Notes under the pieces: generated by a model
Database searches by the model: none
The model's input: the letters and a program-made list of their open reading frames with translations, nothing else
Told to the model about the DNA's origin: nothing
Position numbers and translations under genes: made by a program
Assembly: GCA_029259185.1 (NCBI GenBank)
Contig: JAPDJF010000002.1
Span: forward strand, 1 to 57,186
DNA: 57,186 nt
Origin: Hadesarchaea archaeon
Lineage (GTDB): Archaea > Hadarchaeota > Hadarchaeia > Hadarchaeales > WYZ-LMO6
Direction: 5' to 3'
Shown here: in pieces, positions 1 through 8,345 of the stretch
How positions within the stretch are numbered: position 1 is the stretch's first letter
Layout of the letters: every line of letters begins with the position of its first letter

Positions 1-203
1 GGGCGAAGCCATACATCCTCTCCACCACGGGGGCGATGGCGGAGATATGGATCAACATCAAGATAATAGAGGATGACGTGGGCGGTGCCCTTCAAGAGGA
101 CGAGAAGGCCTGGGTGAAGATAATCCCGAAGGTCGGGATAGAAACCCAGGAGGTCCTCCTCGTACCCGCGGCTCTCGATGGGCTGGACGTTGCGCAGCTC
201 TGA
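1..203 (+). CDS. 3' end of an unidentified protein-coding gene (runs off the window)
   Basis: Open frame from position 3 to TGA at 201-203 (...EDEKAWVKIIPKVGIETQEVLLVPAALDGLDVAQL*). Its AAG/GAG/ATA-rich codon usage matches the housekeeping genes here, and an AT-rich spacer follows. The opposite strand is also open, so the call is tentative. Confidence 0.35.
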   Translation, partial: AKPYILSTTGAMAEIWINIKIIEDDVGGALQEDEKAWVKIIPKVGIETQEVLLVPAALDGLDVAQL

Positions 204-370
204 TGAAGTGATTTTGGGCCTATTTGGAAATGCGAGGAGTGGTTCCTTCTCAAAGAGGGTTAAAATGCCAGCTTTTTCTCTCTTAAAGAAAAATATCGCG
301 TTTTTTTCATTTTAGAGATTCAGTCACTTTCTAATAATAAATTTCAATAATTTGAACGAGAGTTTTTTAA

Positions 371-877
371 ATGTTTCAAGCAAAAAAGAGAGTGGAGGAT
401 AATTCGATGAAGGTTCAGAAGGAGTCTCCGGAGGTAGAGTTTAAAGGGATCTCACCCCTTGGGGATAGGAGTGTTGGGTGGCCGGAGCTTATTCTGAACA
501 TGATATCGACTAACGAACTTGACTTGACTTTCGATGTTCAGAAGTCCACCATCAAACTATCCTCAAAAAATGTGGCTGAGATCATTGAGCTCGTCCTCAA
601 ATTTCCGGAGCGAGTGCAGATACTTGTAGATGGTAACGTCCAAGCGGATATCACGTTCAACGAAGCCCTGCAAGAGCTCTACGGAAAGATCGAGGGGAAG
701 GCCTTATCGAGGGGGAAGATCAACAGGCTCTTGAGGGGGAGGAACAGGAATTTCTTCGCCACCCTCGTTATAATGATAACGCTCTTGAAGCTGGCATCAC
801 TCCAGAAAGCTGTTGGTTCCAAACAAGTATCAAGGCGCGTGCATGACCGGAAGTACGAGATAGATCCCTACCTTTAA
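371..877 (+). CDS. hypothetical protein with a C-terminal hydrophobic segment
   Basis: 168-aa ORF preceded by an AT-rich promoter-like spacer. It has one hydrophobic stretch (FFATLVIMITLLKLASL) and no recognisable family motif. Confidence 0.4.
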   Translation: MFQAKKRVEDNSMKVQKESPEVEFKGISPLGDRSVGWPELILNMISTNELDLTFDVQKSTIKLSSKNVAEIIELVLKFPERVQILVDGNVQADITFNEALQELYGKIEGKALSRGKINRLLRGRNRNFFATLVIMITLLKLASLQKAVGSKQVSRRVHDRKYEIDPYL

Positions 878-947
878 ACGGTGATTCGGGCCGGTGTGCG
901 GCCTTGTTTATCATTTTTAATAATTTCATCGACGTTCTCTTATCCCC

Positions 948-3446
948 GTGCTGAGGGATATTAATCTGGGAGGCGGGTTGCTCGGCATGTGCGAAGCGGA
1001 CGGTCGAGGAAGCTGGAAGAAGCAGTTCTTTGGAGGTTATCTACTCGTGATTCTCCTTTCGTCTTTTTTGCTGGTGCTTCCCTCACCTCCTGTCTCCGCC
1101 GCCCCCGTCGCGGATCCTGGTGGTCCATACGAGGTCGATGAGGGTGGGGCGGTGATCTTGCATGGCGAAAACAGCACCGGGGCGGGGACCCTAACCTACA
1201 GCTGGGTGATCGTCATAGACCCCACGGAGAGTGCGTACCTGACCGACGCGGACACGAGCAATCCCGTGTTCCACGCTCCCCAAGTGACCCAGGATGAGAA
1301 CGTGTACGTGAGGCTCACCGTCACCGATGACAGCGGGAATTCATCTTCGGCGGTGACCACGGTAACGATAAAGGACTTGCTCATCGCGAACCCAGGAGGG
1401 CCGTATGAGGTCGCCGAGGGGGGAACGGTGACTTTGGATGGAACGGGAAGCAGTGGGGATATAGAAAACTACAGCTGGGTGATCGTAGAGGATCCAACCG
1501 GTGGTTGCTGGCTGACGAACGGCTCGACCTCTAAGCCGACATTCCACGCCTCCGCTGATGTGTCTCGGAACGAGAACGTTACCGTGAGATTGCTCGTCGT
1601 GGCCTCTGACAACACGTACCACTCCGCCGATACTACAGTGGTGGTCAAAGATCTCGTAACGGCCAATGCCGGTGGACCTTACACGGTTTTGGAGGGTGAC
1701 ACAGTCTTGCTGGTGGGGGCGAACAGCACGGGGTCGAATGGTAGTGAAGTCAAGGAGTTTAGCTGGACGATCACCTCCGATCCGACAGGAGAGGCCTACC
1801 TCACGGATGCGGATGAGGAGAATGCGGTTTTCCATGCCCCCCCTGATGTTCTGGGGGATGTCAAGATAACGGTGAGGCTGTTCGTCTTGGATAACTATGG
1901 TGAGCACGATATCGATGAAACGGAAGTCATAGTCAAAGATGCTTTGATAGCGAATGCCGGCTCGGATGTCACTGCGCGTGCTGGGGAGAATGTCATGCTC
2001 GACGGGGGGGAGAGTAAAGGGAGCATCGAGATCTTCAGCTGGGCGATAGTCAGCGATCCAACTGGAAAAGCGTATCTGAGCAACGCGAGCACCCCGACTC
2101 CAACGCTCCATACCCCCGCGGACATCTCCGACGAGGTGGTGATCGGAGTGAAACTGACCGTGGCTGGTAGTGGGCTTTCGGACACCGATGTGGTGTACGT
2201 GAAGGTGGTTTCCAATCTCCCCCCGAGTTCTCCTTCGAATTTGAAGTGTGACGGGAAGACGAACCCCGGAGTCGTGAGCAACCCCGCCCCCCTTCTCTCC
2301 TCCGTATTTGTGGATGAGGATCCAAACGAGGTGGCAACGAGGGTTCAGATCCAAGTTGGGACGGGTCAAAACGGAAGCGATATGTGGGACTACACCCAGA
2401 GTGGTATCACGGTTCCCGTCGGGTCCGAACATGCGGTGACTTACGATGGAAAGCCCCTCCTCCCCGGAGAAACCTACTACTGGCGGGTGAGGTACTACAA
2501 CGGGAGCAGTTGGGGTGAGTGGTCCGACGGCACGGCGACCTTCACGATGGGGACGATGAGGTCCATCATCGAGAACGGAGCTTCAGGGGGGCAGGAGGAG
2601 GAGGCGGCGGAGATCCTCCTCGAGCTCGACCCGTCGGAGGCAGCGGAGGCGATGGCGGAGGCTATTCCCTCTTGTGCGGCGGAGGTGATGGAGAAAGCCG
2701 TGCTCCTCAATCCAGCTGGAACCCTAGCGATACTCCAAGCGATGAGTGCAGAGGTGAGGGCGGAGATACTGGTTCAAATTTGCGAGCTTCCAGATTCGCC
2801 GAGTGATGCGGCATTGCTTTTGGAACTCATGTCGGTCGAGATGGCCACGGAGACGGTCAAAGCAGTGATGGAGGAAAAAGAGTTCGATGCTTTGGATAGC
2901 ATATTCTCCGAGCTCTCGTCAGATCGTGCCAACGAAATCTTCGAGTCACTGACTTCCGATCAGCGGAGGGAACTTTACTCCCATTTCTCCTCAGAGGCCA
3001 GGGAGAAGATCCTTCCCGAGCTGAGGCCGAAGGGAGGGATCAACTGGTTCTTGGTGGGGGGAATCCTTGGGGTCGTGGCGACCGCGATATTCGTGCTGAG
3101 ACGCCGATCGCTCAAGGAGGGGGAGGGAGTCGCGGGAGCCCCCTCAAGACCCTCGGTTCCGGATAAGTGGTCTGAGTTGGTCGGGGCGTTCTTGAAATCG
3201 GGCAAACCTCAGGCGGCGGTCAGGAGCCCGCTGCCCGCGGACGAGGTTGCTGAGTCCCTCAAATCGGCTATCCTGAGGCAAGGTGTTCGAGGGTTGGTGG
3301 GGATAAAAAGGGTGGGTGAGAGGGTCTACCTCGTCAGGCGGAGGGCACAGAGACCTTCAAGGCCCCCCGAGGAGACGCCTAAGGAGGAGGTGAAGCCTGA
3401 GGTCAAACCCGAGGGCTTGAAGGAGCTCATAGGCGAAACCTTGTGA
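948..3446 (+). CDS. large cell-surface protein: signal/anchor, 4 PKD-like repeats, Fn3-like domain, acidic helical-repeat region, TM helix, basic/Pro-rich tail
   Basis: 832-aa ORF. N-terminal hydrophobic segment ends in VSAAP. Four ~90-aa repeats follow, with consensus ANxGGPYxVxEGxxVxLDG...YSWxIxxDPTGxAYLTxAxTxxPxFHAPxDV...VxVRLxV. Then a beta-rich module with YYWRVRYYNGSSWGEWSDG, then Ala/Glu-rich helical repeats (EAAEILLELDPSEAAEAMAEA...). A TM helix (INWFLVGGILGVVATAIFVL) comes next, then a cytoplasmic tail ending in a KEEVKPEVKPE-type stretch. Confidence 0.8.
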   Translation: MLRDINLGGGLLGMCEADGRGSWKKQFFGGYLLVILLSSFLLVLPSPPVSAAPVADPGGPYEVDEGGAVILHGENSTGAGTLTYSWVIVIDPTESAYLTDADTSNPVFHAPQVTQDENVYVRLTVTDDSGNSSSAVTTVTIKDLLIANPGGPYEVAEGGTVTLDGTGSSGDIENYSWVIVEDPTGGCWLTNGSTSKPTFHASADVSRNENVTVRLLVVASDNTYHSADTTVVVKDLVTANAGGPYTVLEGDTVLLVGANSTGSNGSEVKEFSWTITSDPTGEAYLTDADEENAVFHAPPDVLGDVKITVRLFVLDNYGEHDIDETEVIVKDALIANAGSDVTARAGENVMLDGGESKGSIEIFSWAIVSDPTGKAYLSNASTPTPTLHTPADISDEVVIGVKLTVAGSGLSDTDVVYVKVVSNLPPSSPSNLKCDGKTNPGVVSNPAPLLSSVFVDEDPNEVATRVQIQVGTGQNGSDMWDYTQSGITVPVGSEHAVTYDGKPLLPGETYYWRVRYYNGSSWGEWSDGTATFTMGTMRSIIENGASGGQEEEAAEILLELDPSEAAEAMAEAIPSCAAEVMEKAVLLNPAGTLAILQAMSAEVRAEILVQICELPDSPSDAALLLELMSVEMATETVKAVMEEKEFDALDSIFSELSSDRANEIFESLTSDQRRELYSHFSSEAREKILPELRPKGGINWFLVGGILGVVATAIFVLRRRSLKEGEGVAGAPSRPSVPDKWSELVGAFLKSGKPQAAVRSPLPADEVAESLKSAILRQGVRGLVGIKRVGERVYLVRRRAQRPSRPPEETPKEEVKPEVKPEGLKELIGETL
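1098..2216 (+). repeat. four tandem PKD/Ig-like coding repeats (~273-285 bp period) inside the surface protein gene
   Basis: Repeat units start near 1098, 1381, 1654 and 1939. Each opens with (A/I)AN(P/A)GG(P)Y..(E)G and closes with V(T/V/I)(I/V)KD. They are diverged at the nucleotide level. Confidence 0.75.
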
Positions 3447-3796
3447 TCATCCGTTGAGACTTTCCTTCGCGCGCTCTCTCGCCACCCAAGCTTAGTTCGG
3501 CCATTTATCGCTCGATGAGTTTGTATCAACTCAAAATGTTTTGGCTATTAGTACACTCGAACCTCTGATCCGTTCTTTGCCCGCGATGCTCCGCGAGGTT
3601 TATCTGCAAGGCGGGGAATTATGCCCATCCACGACCGTTATCCGCTTTCCCTTTCTGGAGCCCCCAACACCCAAGTGGCAAAGTTTTTCCGCCGATGCTA
3701 CCGTAGAGAACGCTCGGTACCTAAAACCTTCCGCAGTTCCTCCCCTAAGAGGTCTCCTGGGGGTAAGATCTCCTCGGTTGGCGGAGCCGGGGGAGG

Positions 3797-5326
3797 TCAT
3801 TTTTCGGTCGACACCGTATAAGTGGTTCCGTCCGTTTCGATCACGATTGTGCCACATAGGTCGGTTCGGTAAACCTCGGCACCTACCGATGCGAGCTTGT
3901 CCAGAGTTTCTTGAGCGGGATGTCCGTAGGGGTTGTCGGCTCCAACGGATATCACCGCTACCTCTGGATCAACTGCAGTCAGGAAATCCAAGGCAGATGA
4001 GTACTTGCTCCCGTGGTGTGCCACCTTTAGAACGGTACTCGAAACCTCAAAACCCTCGGCTAGGATGTCCCCCTCGACCTGGGCTCCTATGTCACCCGTA
4101 AACAGGAAAGAAATGGTTCCAAATTCAATTTTGAGAACTATCGAACTATCGTTGGAATCCGAATAAAGCGTCTCCGGGGGATTGAGGATCTCTTCAACCA
4201 AATAGGGATCTATATCGACAGCTGACCCCCTATGGGGATGGAGAAATGGGCATCCTTCAGCTTTTACCGCTGTCACAAAATCTCGATAGGTTGCGGTATC
4301 CTTTTCAAACCCCGGATCCCAGACCTCCTCGACCACAAAGGAGCCGAGGACGGAGATGAGCCCGCCCACGTGGTCAGCGTCCGGGTGGGTGGCTATCACG
4401 AGTTCGATATCGTCCACGCCCTGGTTCCGCAGGTAGTTCACCACCACATCACCCATCCCTCGTTTTCCGCCATCTATCAGCACATCCCTCCCAGCGGGAG
4501 TTTTGATGTAGACAGAATCCCCCTGCCCGACATCTATGAAGCTGACCCTTAGGGGGAGAACCTGGTTGACTGGAAGGGGTTCGGGAATTTGAATCGTTGT
4601 TGAATGGGTTGCTAGCGTGGTATCTGTTCGTCTTAGCGCATAAGTTGCAGAGTACGTTCCCTCGCCGAAAGGCCCAAGGTAGAAACTTGCATCCAGAGTA
4701 TCTGTTTCACCAGGTAGTATTACCACTTCCGCGGGGTCAGCGAGACTGGATGCGGTTTCTTCTTCGCCAATGGCAACTTTCACGTCAGTAACGTAGGTGG
4801 AGAGGTCTCCGTCGTTGCTCACGGTTACCGAGAGATTGACCAAATAATATCCCGACTCTCCCAGTTCGAACTCGGGAACTCCCCAACTTTCCACTAAAAG
4901 ATTGGCCCCTGCATATGTGAAACAGTTTTCGTATACCTTGTTTCCGGCGGAGTCCTCTATTACCAAAGTATAAGTCCCAGGCTCTGCGGGAGTGAAACGC
5001 TCCACAGCTGAAACCATGGGCAACAATACAGATTCCTTTTGGTCGGCCATATCGGAAGATGACACGAAAGCGGTCCCGACTGGGCTCTTAGAAGGGCCGC
5101 TCAACGTCAAGCTGTAGCTATCCGCTTCGCCCTCCAGCAATACCTTCATGGATGTGTAGCCAAGCGAACCATAGTCCCCAACTTCTACGGTAACTGAGCT
5201 TAGCTTCGACGGTTTGGGAGTTTCCCTTCCACCAATCTGGTGAAGGGCCGTGACTGCACAGAAAAAGATGACTGTGGAGATGACCACCGCTGTCAGCAAA
5301 ACACTCCTTCTGTCCATCATTCGCAC
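3797..5326 (-). CDS. membrane-anchored metallo-beta-lactamase fold protein, ComEC C-terminal-domain-like
   Basis: 509 aa. N-terminal TM (LLTAVVISTVIFFCAVTAL), then beta-rich extracellular domains. The MBL core has VSFIDVGQGDSVYIKTPAGRDVLIDGG, the HxHxDH-type motif ATHPDADHVGG, and VLKVAHHGS, as in ComEC/Rec2-type MBL domains. Confidence 0.8.
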   Translation of the reverse strand: MRMMDRRSVLLTAVVISTVIFFCAVTALHQIGGRETPKPSKLSSVTVEVGDYGSLGYTSMKVLLEGEADSYSLTLSGPSKSPVGTAFVSSSDMADQKESVLLPMVSAVERFTPAEPGTYTLVIEDSAGNKVYENCFTYAGANLLVESWGVPEFELGESGYYLVNLSVTVSNDGDLSTYVTDVKVAIGEEETASSLADPAEVVILPGETDTLDASFYLGPFGEGTYSATYALRRTDTTLATHSTTIQIPEPLPVNQVLPLRVSFIDVGQGDSVYIKTPAGRDVLIDGGKRGMGDVVVNYLRNQGVDDIELVIATHPDADHVGGLISVLGSFVVEEVWDPGFEKDTATYRDFVTAVKAEGCPFLHPHRGSAVDIDPYLVEEILNPPETLYSDSNDSSIVLKIEFGTISFLFTGDIGAQVEGDILAEGFEVSSTVLKVAHHGSKYSSALDFLTAVDPEVAVISVGADNPYGHPAQETLDKLASVGAEVYRTDLCGTIVIETDGTTYTVSTEK

Positions 5327-5446
5327 CCATTTCGTCTTCCATCACTCGCTCTCTTGGCGAGCCTTCTCTCCCCTCCGGCGCTTCTCGGCTCCCATCATCG
5401 ACATCTGGGACACCATAGGAGACACCATGGGTCCGATCTATTTCCT

Positions 5447-5529
5447 CTCCTTGCAACCTCATACATCCGCTTCTCCCCCCCACCCAGCAGGAGAGGGTAG
5501 AAGAGATCCGAGGCCATCAGGATGCGCAT
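5447..5529. repeat. left arm of an 83-bp perfect inverted repeat (an inverted copy of the first 27.7 codons of the GT4 gene at 7115)
   Basis: The reverse complement of 5447-5529 equals 7115-7197 base for base when read by eye. On the minus strand it encodes MRILMASDLFYPLLLGGGEKRMYEVAR, then diverges and stops after ~17 more codons. Confidence 0.95.
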
Positions 5530-6854
5530 CAGCTCGTGCCCCCAAGCAACCACTTCCAGAGTGGTCTGTAAATGATTCGCCTTCCCCCAACCCTCTCTTC
5601 CCCTTCGAAATCTTCCGTTATCACCACCCCCTCCTTCAGCCCGAACCCATCCATGGCCTTCACCAGCCCCCTGATCTCGCGCTTTTTCGTTTCATCATCG
5701 CTCGGATCCCAGCAGACTTGGATGAGTTCCTCCACACTCAACCCTTTCTTTACAACGAAGTCGACTTCTCTCCCCTCCCTTGACTTCCAGTAATAGATCT
5801 CCAGATCCGGGTTCATCGATTGTCGCCTCCTCAGCTCCATGTAAACCGCGTTTTCCGACAACCTTCCAAAATTCTCTGAAAATCTGTAACCTACGAAGTT
5901 GATGAAGGAATTGTCCACGAAATAGACCTTCCGGGGATAAGCCATCTGATCCTTGATTTTGTATGAGAATATGGGAACCGTGTAGCAGAAGTAGACCGAC
6001 TCCGCGTTGGCCAAATATCCGAAGAGCGTGCTCTTCCCAACTTTCTGCCCCCCCGACCTCAGGCTGTTGTAGGCCTTGTAAACCGAGAAATAGGACGAAT
6101 TCAGAAGGTATTTCAGAAAGTTCAGGAGGAGATGAAAATTCTTTACCCTGTACCTTTCGGCTATGTCCCTTCCGACGATCGTCCTGAAATACTCCTGAGC
6201 GATCATCTTCTTCCTCATAGGATCCTCCTCAATAACAACCTCGGGAAATCCCCCGTACGCGAGATATTCTCTCAGGTACCTCCTCAACCTCCCAACGACT
6301 CTTTCCGTGTACTCGATGCCCTTCTGGTAAGCGAAGCCCTTGAAGCTGAGGAATTCCCTGAAGCTCAAGGGGAAGACCTCAAAGCTCAGCGCCCTCCCCC
6401 TCAACGCCGCTGGGATTTCCTTTTCCGCAAGTTTTGAGGATGAGCCTGAAGCGAAGAGATGGACATTTCTGTAGGAGTCATGGACCCTCCTCATCCACCT
6501 GTCCCACTGGGGAATCTCCTGAATTTCGTCCAAGAAAAGGAAAAGCTCCCCCTCCCCAGCTATTTCCATGATCACGGGCATGAGCGAAGTTAAGGTGCCC
6601 GTCTCCTTCGGGATGCGCTCGTCTTCAAAATTCAGGTAAAAGATGCGGTTTTTTTCGACTCCGCGCTCCCGGTTAAACCAGTCTATCAGCTGAAACATGG
6701 TGTAGGTTTTTCCGGCCCTCCTGCATCCGGGGAAAGCGTAAATCTTCCTCACCTTGCCCTCGAGTAGGCCGGGGTCAAATTCCCGCGGTTTGAACTGCGG
6801 TACCCAGCTTTCAAACCATTCTGCTATTATTCCCCTCAGGGTCCTCTCCATCAA
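5529..6854 (-). CDS. AAA-family ATPase with DUF4143-type C-terminal domain
   Basis: 441 aa. Walker A GCRRAGKTY and Walker B LFLFLDEIQ. The overall pattern (AAA_14 N-terminus plus DUF4143-like C-terminus) is common in archaeal 'ATP-binding protein' families. The stop TGA overlaps the ATG of the duplicated GT4 fragment (TGATG). Confidence 0.85.
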   Translation of the reverse strand: MMERTLRGIIAEWFESWVPQFKPREFDPGLLEGKVRKIYAFPGCRRAGKTYTMFQLIDWFNRERGVEKNRIFYLNFEDERIPKETGTLTSLMPVIMEIAGEGELFLFLDEIQEIPQWDRWMRRVHDSYRNVHLFASGSSSKLAEKEIPAALRGRALSFEVFPLSFREFLSFKGFAYQKGIEYTERVVGRLRRYLREYLAYGGFPEVVIEEDPMRKKMIAQEYFRTIVGRDIAERYRVKNFHLLLNFLKYLLNSSYFSVYKAYNSLRSGGQKVGKSTLFGYLANAESVYFCYTVPIFSYKIKDQMAYPRKVYFVDNSFINFVGYRFSENFGRLSENAVYMELRRRQSMNPDLEIYYWKSREGREVDFVVKKGLSVEELIQVCWDPSDDETKKREIRGLVKAMDGFGLKEGVVITEDFEGEERVGGRRIIYRPLWKWLLGGTS

Positions 6855-6865
6855 TAGGTCCGTGA

Positions 6866-6896
6866 ATTGTCCGATTATTTATAATTTTCGGACAAT
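6866..6896. promoter_or_regulatory. 9-bp perfect palindrome arms flanking a TATA-like box just upstream of the ATPase gene
   Basis: attgtccga (6866-6874) and tcggacaat (6888-6896) are exact reverse complements. They are separated by ttatttataattt. The AT-rich spacer box begins about 21 nt upstream of the ATPase start codon (6854, minus strand). Confidence 0.4.
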
Positions 6897-7114
6897 GAGG
6901 AAATCTGAGCCAACGGTCCAGCCTGATCCATCCCGATAGGAGTAGCACCCCATCCTGACCTCTCGACATCCTCGGCATCCACGAACAGGGAGTCGTGAGG
7001 ATTCTTTGTATCACCGAAATATATATCCGGATTCTAAGCGTGGGATAGGCGTATGGGGGGGTGGTAAGTGAAGATCTACGAGATTATCCCAGAGAGCCTT
7101 CGGAAGGTGAATAG

Positions 7115-7197
7115 ATGCGCATCCTGATGGCCTCGGATCTCTTCTACCCTCTCCTGCTGGGTGGGGGGGAGAAGCGGATGTATGAGGTTGCAAGGAG
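7115..7197. repeat. right arm of the 83-bp perfect inverted repeat (the true 5' end of the GT4 gene)
   Basis: Identical to the reverse complement of 5447-5529. Confidence 0.95.
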
Positions 7198-8242
7198 GTT
7201 GGCAAAAAAGCACGAGATCCACATCCTCACGCGAAGGTTCAAAGGGTTGCTGAGCTACGAGGTGCATGAAGGCGTACACATCCATAGGGTCTTCGTCCCT
7301 TCGGGGAAGATAAAACTCGAATCATCCTCTGACGGCTCTGCTTTCATGTTGGGGGCTCTGTCCAAGGGAATAAATTTGGGGGACTTTGACCTCTACGCTC
7401 CTCAACAGTTCTTTCCAATTTTTCCATCGTGGTTGATCGCAAAAGCGAAGCGAAAGCCGATTATTGCCACGATTCATGACATCTATCGCGAAACTTGGTT
7501 GCAGAAGTACGGGATCAAAGGGGCCCTTATGGCCACGTTCGAAAAAGCCATGCTAAAGCTTCCATATACTAGAATAATAACGGTCTCCAACTCTTCAAAG
7601 CAAAAGTTGATTCAGTGTGGTGTTCCAGAGCACAAAATAGAGGTTATCCCAAACGGTGTCGATGTGAAAGAGTTTGATGAGGTTAGGGTAAAAAAATCGG
7701 AAAAGCAGCGCGTGATTTATGTAGGACGGCTAGTTGGGTACAAGCACGTTGACGATTTGTTGGTAGCGTTTTCTGGACTAGATTTCGATGCTGAACTCTT
7801 CATTGTTGGGGAGGGTCCGGAAAGAAAAAATCTCAAGAATTTAGCAAGGAAGCTTAAAATTCACGATAAAGTCACTTTTACAGGTTTTGTTGACGAGCGG
7901 AGAAAGATAGAGCTCATCAAATCCTCACGAGTTTTGGTTTTGCCGTCCTCCACTGAGGGGTTTGGAATAGCAGTGATTGAGGCTTGGGCTGCGCGCACGG
8001 CAGTAATCGTGTCAAATATTCCAGCGCTTTGCGAGCTTGTGAGGAACGGAAAGACGGGTTTGATATTCAAGTTGCGCAACATAGCCGATCTAAAGGATAA
8101 GCTTGACCGAGTATTACGGGATAAGGTTTTGCGAAACAAACTTTCAACAAATGGCTATAAATTGGTGAAAAAGAAATTCGAGTGGGATGAGATTGCGAAT
8201 CAAATCGAGAAAATTTTCGAGGTCTCAAAGGAGAAAGGATAA
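7115..8242 (+). CDS. GT4-family glycosyltransferase
   Basis: 375 aa. N-terminal MRILMASDLFYP..GGGE. C-terminal GT-B EX7E region LPSSTEGFGIAVIEAWAARTAVIVSN. Confidence 0.9.
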   Translation: MRILMASDLFYPLLLGGGEKRMYEVARRLAKKHEIHILTRRFKGLLSYEVHEGVHIHRVFVPSGKIKLESSSDGSAFMLGALSKGINLGDFDLYAPQQFFPIFPSWLIAKAKRKPIIATIHDIYRETWLQKYGIKGALMATFEKAMLKLPYTRIITVSNSSKQKLIQCGVPEHKIEVIPNGVDVKEFDEVRVKKSEKQRVIYVGRLVGYKHVDDLLVAFSGLDFDAELFIVGEGPERKNLKNLARKLKIHDKVTFTGFVDERRKIELIKSSRVLVLPSSTEGFGIAVIEAWAARTAVIVSNIPALCELVRNGKTGLIFKLRNIADLKDKLDRVLRDKVLRNKLSTNGYKLVKKKFEWDEIANQIEKIFEVSKEKG

Positions 8243-8345
8243 ATGGTTTGTATCTTTCATCATACCGGCGTATAACGCTAGTAAAACAATTGATAAGTCC
8301 GTTCTCTTTCCGGCGGTCAAAAGGTATAAAAAAGAGGATCGTAGC

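Noticed and set aside
204-370. Minus-strand ORF MKKTRYFSLREKKLAF* and a long open minus-strand frame over 1-270.
   Set aside because: The long frame has no usable start codon, and the ATG is out of frame. The plus-strand frame ending at 203 has the better codon usage, so the minus-strand reading was dropped.
1341-2432. Long antisense or alternative-frame ORFs in GC-rich coding regions. Examples: 1341-2432(-), 8547-9326(-), 30147-31031(+), 36544-37239(-), 44556-45245(+), 47615-48253(-), 48303-49115(-), 50017-50745(-), 51565-51999(-).
   Set aside because: Each lies entirely within, or opposite, a gene with clear family motifs. Their translations are Arg/Pro/Gly/Ser-rich with no domain features. 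These are the typical shadow ORFs of GC-rich DNA.
3447-3796. Possible SRP (7S) RNA or RNase P RNA in the convergent spacer.
   Set aside because: Only partial look-alike motifs are present (ccagaaagggaaagcgg, and gaaggaaagtc at the wrong end). The conserved helix-8 GGGAGCA and RNase P CR-II to CR-V elements are not present. It is kept only as an unclassified candidate RNA in the findings.
3600-3800. 66-codon ORF whose ATG overlaps the MBL gene stop (ATGA).
   Set aside because: The composition is Arg/Gly/Pro-rich and not protein-like. ATGA overlaps arise by chance at this frequency.
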